From Candidatus Latescibacterota bacterium (lineage in GTDB: Bacteria; Latescibacterota; UBA2968; GCA-2709665), in assembly GCA_965237675.1 (NCBI GenBank), contig OZ250150.1:896001-960000 (forward strand): a DNA stretch of 64,000 bases. The letters are read 5' to 3'. Shown in pieces: positions 62,395-64,000 of this stretch (position 1 is its first letter; each line of letters begins with the position of its first letter). Both the position numbers and the translations under genes were made by a program. The notes beneath the pieces are model-generated. The model saw only the letters and a list, made by a program, of their open reading frames with translations. It did no database searches and was not told the origin of the DNA.

Positions 62395-63222
62395 ATGCCG
62401 ACTGAGGAATATCCGTTGATTTCGAACATAGTTAAGACCTTTCTGGAGTTGGGTGACGCGACGTCCCGCAATCTTGAGTTCTCCCATCGTACAGACGTGT
62501 ACGTCAGTTACGGTGAAGAAACGATCACCGAAACCAACCTGCTTGAGATCAGGCGCCGACATAGCGACCGCGTTCACCTTGAGACGTTTTCCAAGAAGAA
62601 GGAGGCCCATAGCGGCGCCGACTGGGAGTGGCACATCGTCGGCAATAGGTGGACCCTAAAAATGCGAGTACAGGCCAAGAGAGCAAGATACAAAGGTACG
62701 TTACAGATCAAGTACAACCAGCAACGTGAACTGCTCTTGGACAAGGCAGAGTTCGCCAATATGAAACCGATCTACTGTTTCTATTGCACCGAACCCCAGC
62801 GCTCCATTTGGAAGCAATCGAATCAAGAGGAATGCCATACTGGCTGTCTGTTGGCGGATGCCAACGACGTACCCGAGACAACCACGAAACTGTGCGAAAT
62901 CGAAGACAAATGCATTCCGTGGCACTACCTGTTTCAGCGTGCAGACTTCGCACGTTGCAAGTCGGATGGGTTGTTTTCTGCTCGCGTTGCGAGAATGGTC
63001 GATTTAGGCGATGCCGACAGGGACCCAGAAACGACGTGGTGGAAGGCTCCCACGATCGCGGACCTTAACGAAAAAGGGGATGGTGATTTCGACCACACCG
63101 GCGTTCACGAAACCAAGGGAGAAGACCTCCGTCAGTCAAGTTATCCGCAAGAAGATCACGCGGAACTTTCGGACCGCGGGATACATCGAAAACTCGTGAT
63201 TGACGTTCGTGTTCAGGAATAG
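62395..63222 (+). CDS. DUF6615-like putative PD-(D/E)xK nuclease
   Basis: EETITE, E..SGADWEW, RVQAKR, PIYCFY; ATG 62395. Confidence 0.65.
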   Translation: MPTEEYPLISNIVKTFLELGDATSRNLEFSHRTDVYVSYGEETITETNLLEIRRRHSDRVHLETFSKKKEAHSGADWEWHIVGNRWTLKMRVQAKRARYKGTLQIKYNQQRELLLDKAEFANMKPIYCFYCTEPQRSIWKQSNQEECHTGCLLADANDVPETTTKLCEIEDKCIPWHYLFQRADFARCKSDGLFSARVARMVDLGDADRDPETTWWKAPTIADLNEKGDGDFDHTGVHETKGEDLRQSSYPQEDHAELSDRGIHRKLVIDVRVQE

Positions 63223-63259
63223 GTTGTTTCCAGAACCCGATTCAGAATGACAATGAGCA

Positions 63260-63284
63260 TGGCAGACAGGAATGTCTGCCCCAC
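63260..63284. repeat. REP-type palindrome
   Basis: GGCAGACAGGAATGTCTGCCCCAC hairpin. Confidence 0.6.
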
Positions 63285-63519
63285 CTTCATGCACGCTTCC
63301 CTCACGGGCTCGAAGAGCCATTATGCGAGGGATGGAATTGATTGATTCGCGAAAATAGCGGCTTACCTTGACAGCTCATGTTTTAATCAGCCCAGGATGA
63401 GATCGCTCGCAACGCCATTGCGTTTACATATTGTCAGTAGCGGAAAATAGTTGACAGTTTTTCGTCTGTTACACTGGAGAATGTAAACCATATGGTGCTC
63501 CCCGAACCTGAGGTCGTTA

Positions 63520-63672
63520 GCCTTGCCCTGAGCCGCTCCCTGAGCCTGTCGAAGGGTCGGCGAAGGGCTGTCCAATGGAGCCGAACGAGTTCCGAAACGC
63601 GCATTTCGACGAGCTCAATGAACGCATTTCGACAAGCTTGCATCGACAGGCTCAGCACAGGCAATGACCACG
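63520..63672. repeat. REP-like repeat cluster, inverted relative to 14095 and 26790
   Basis: CCCTGAGCCGCTCCCTGAGCCTGTCGAAGGGTCGGCGAAGG; CATTTCGACAAGC; GCAATGACCACGTTTC. Confidence 0.8.
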
Positions 63673-63885
63673 TTTCGGTAGGCTCAAAGACCGCTTTGAC
63701 AAGCTGAGCCGCTACAGAGGAGGATGTAAACTAAAGGGTGCTCCCCGTAATAACTACGAAAGCTGAGCGACTGGACGGTAGCGCCTCTACATCTTTTCGA
63801 AATCCGGTCTCACACCCGGCGTTTTCCACCACCTAGACCGCTCCCCAGCCCCTGCACGCTCCCTCCCACATAAGGAAAAATCGAA

Positions 63886-64000
63886 ATGCCAGAAAGTCAT
63901 CGCCCGTCAGTCCGCGGGAAACGGTACGTTGTCTCATCGGTGCACTATCTCGCAACCATGGGCGGGGTTCGTATCCTCGAAAATGACGGCAACGCTGCCG
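63886..64000 (+). CDS. Gamma-glutamyltransferase family protein, N-terminus only (runs off window)
   Basis: AAGGA RBS; MPESHRPSVRGKRYVVSSVHYLATMGGVRILENDGNAA. Confidence 0.7.
   Translation, partial: MPESHRPSVRGKRYVVSSVHYLATMGGVRILENDGNAA

Overview
High-GC bacterial window with two halves. Repeated PhyH dioxygenases, a dockerin-like/TolB protein, a sterol-reductase remnant and many IS scars resemble a Latescibacterota/Poribacteria-like sponge symbiont (inference only). Bases 1-18.1 kb hold a co-directional catabolic cluster: two amidohydrolases, two paralogous ~800-aa lyase-like proteins, an M81/MlrC peptidase, a heparinase II/III-like protein, a sialidase-like protein and a glycosidase-like protein. 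Bases 18.1-64 kb are a plastic accessory region with defence loci, IS elements and remnants (IS630, IS5, IS1595, IS256, IS3, IS1380), MITE/REP-like repeats, gene fragments and oxidative-stress genes (katG, Bcp). The best candidate for an undescribed system is 18.4-26.6 kb: GHKL/MORC-type ATPase, a B12-radical-SAM paralog lacking the CxxxCxxC motif, an intact B12-radical-SAM enzyme, a second GHKL ATPase and a methyltransferase-fold protein. Its layout mirrors a C5-methyltransferase/MORC/methyltransferase-fold/Vsr/HNH island at 38.7-44.9 kb, which suggests a radical-SAM-based nucleic-acid modification or defence system. Two selenoproteins missed by the ORF track (in-frame TGA plus similar SECIS-like hairpins) are also present. 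Family assignments come from motif recognition by eye; no searches were run.
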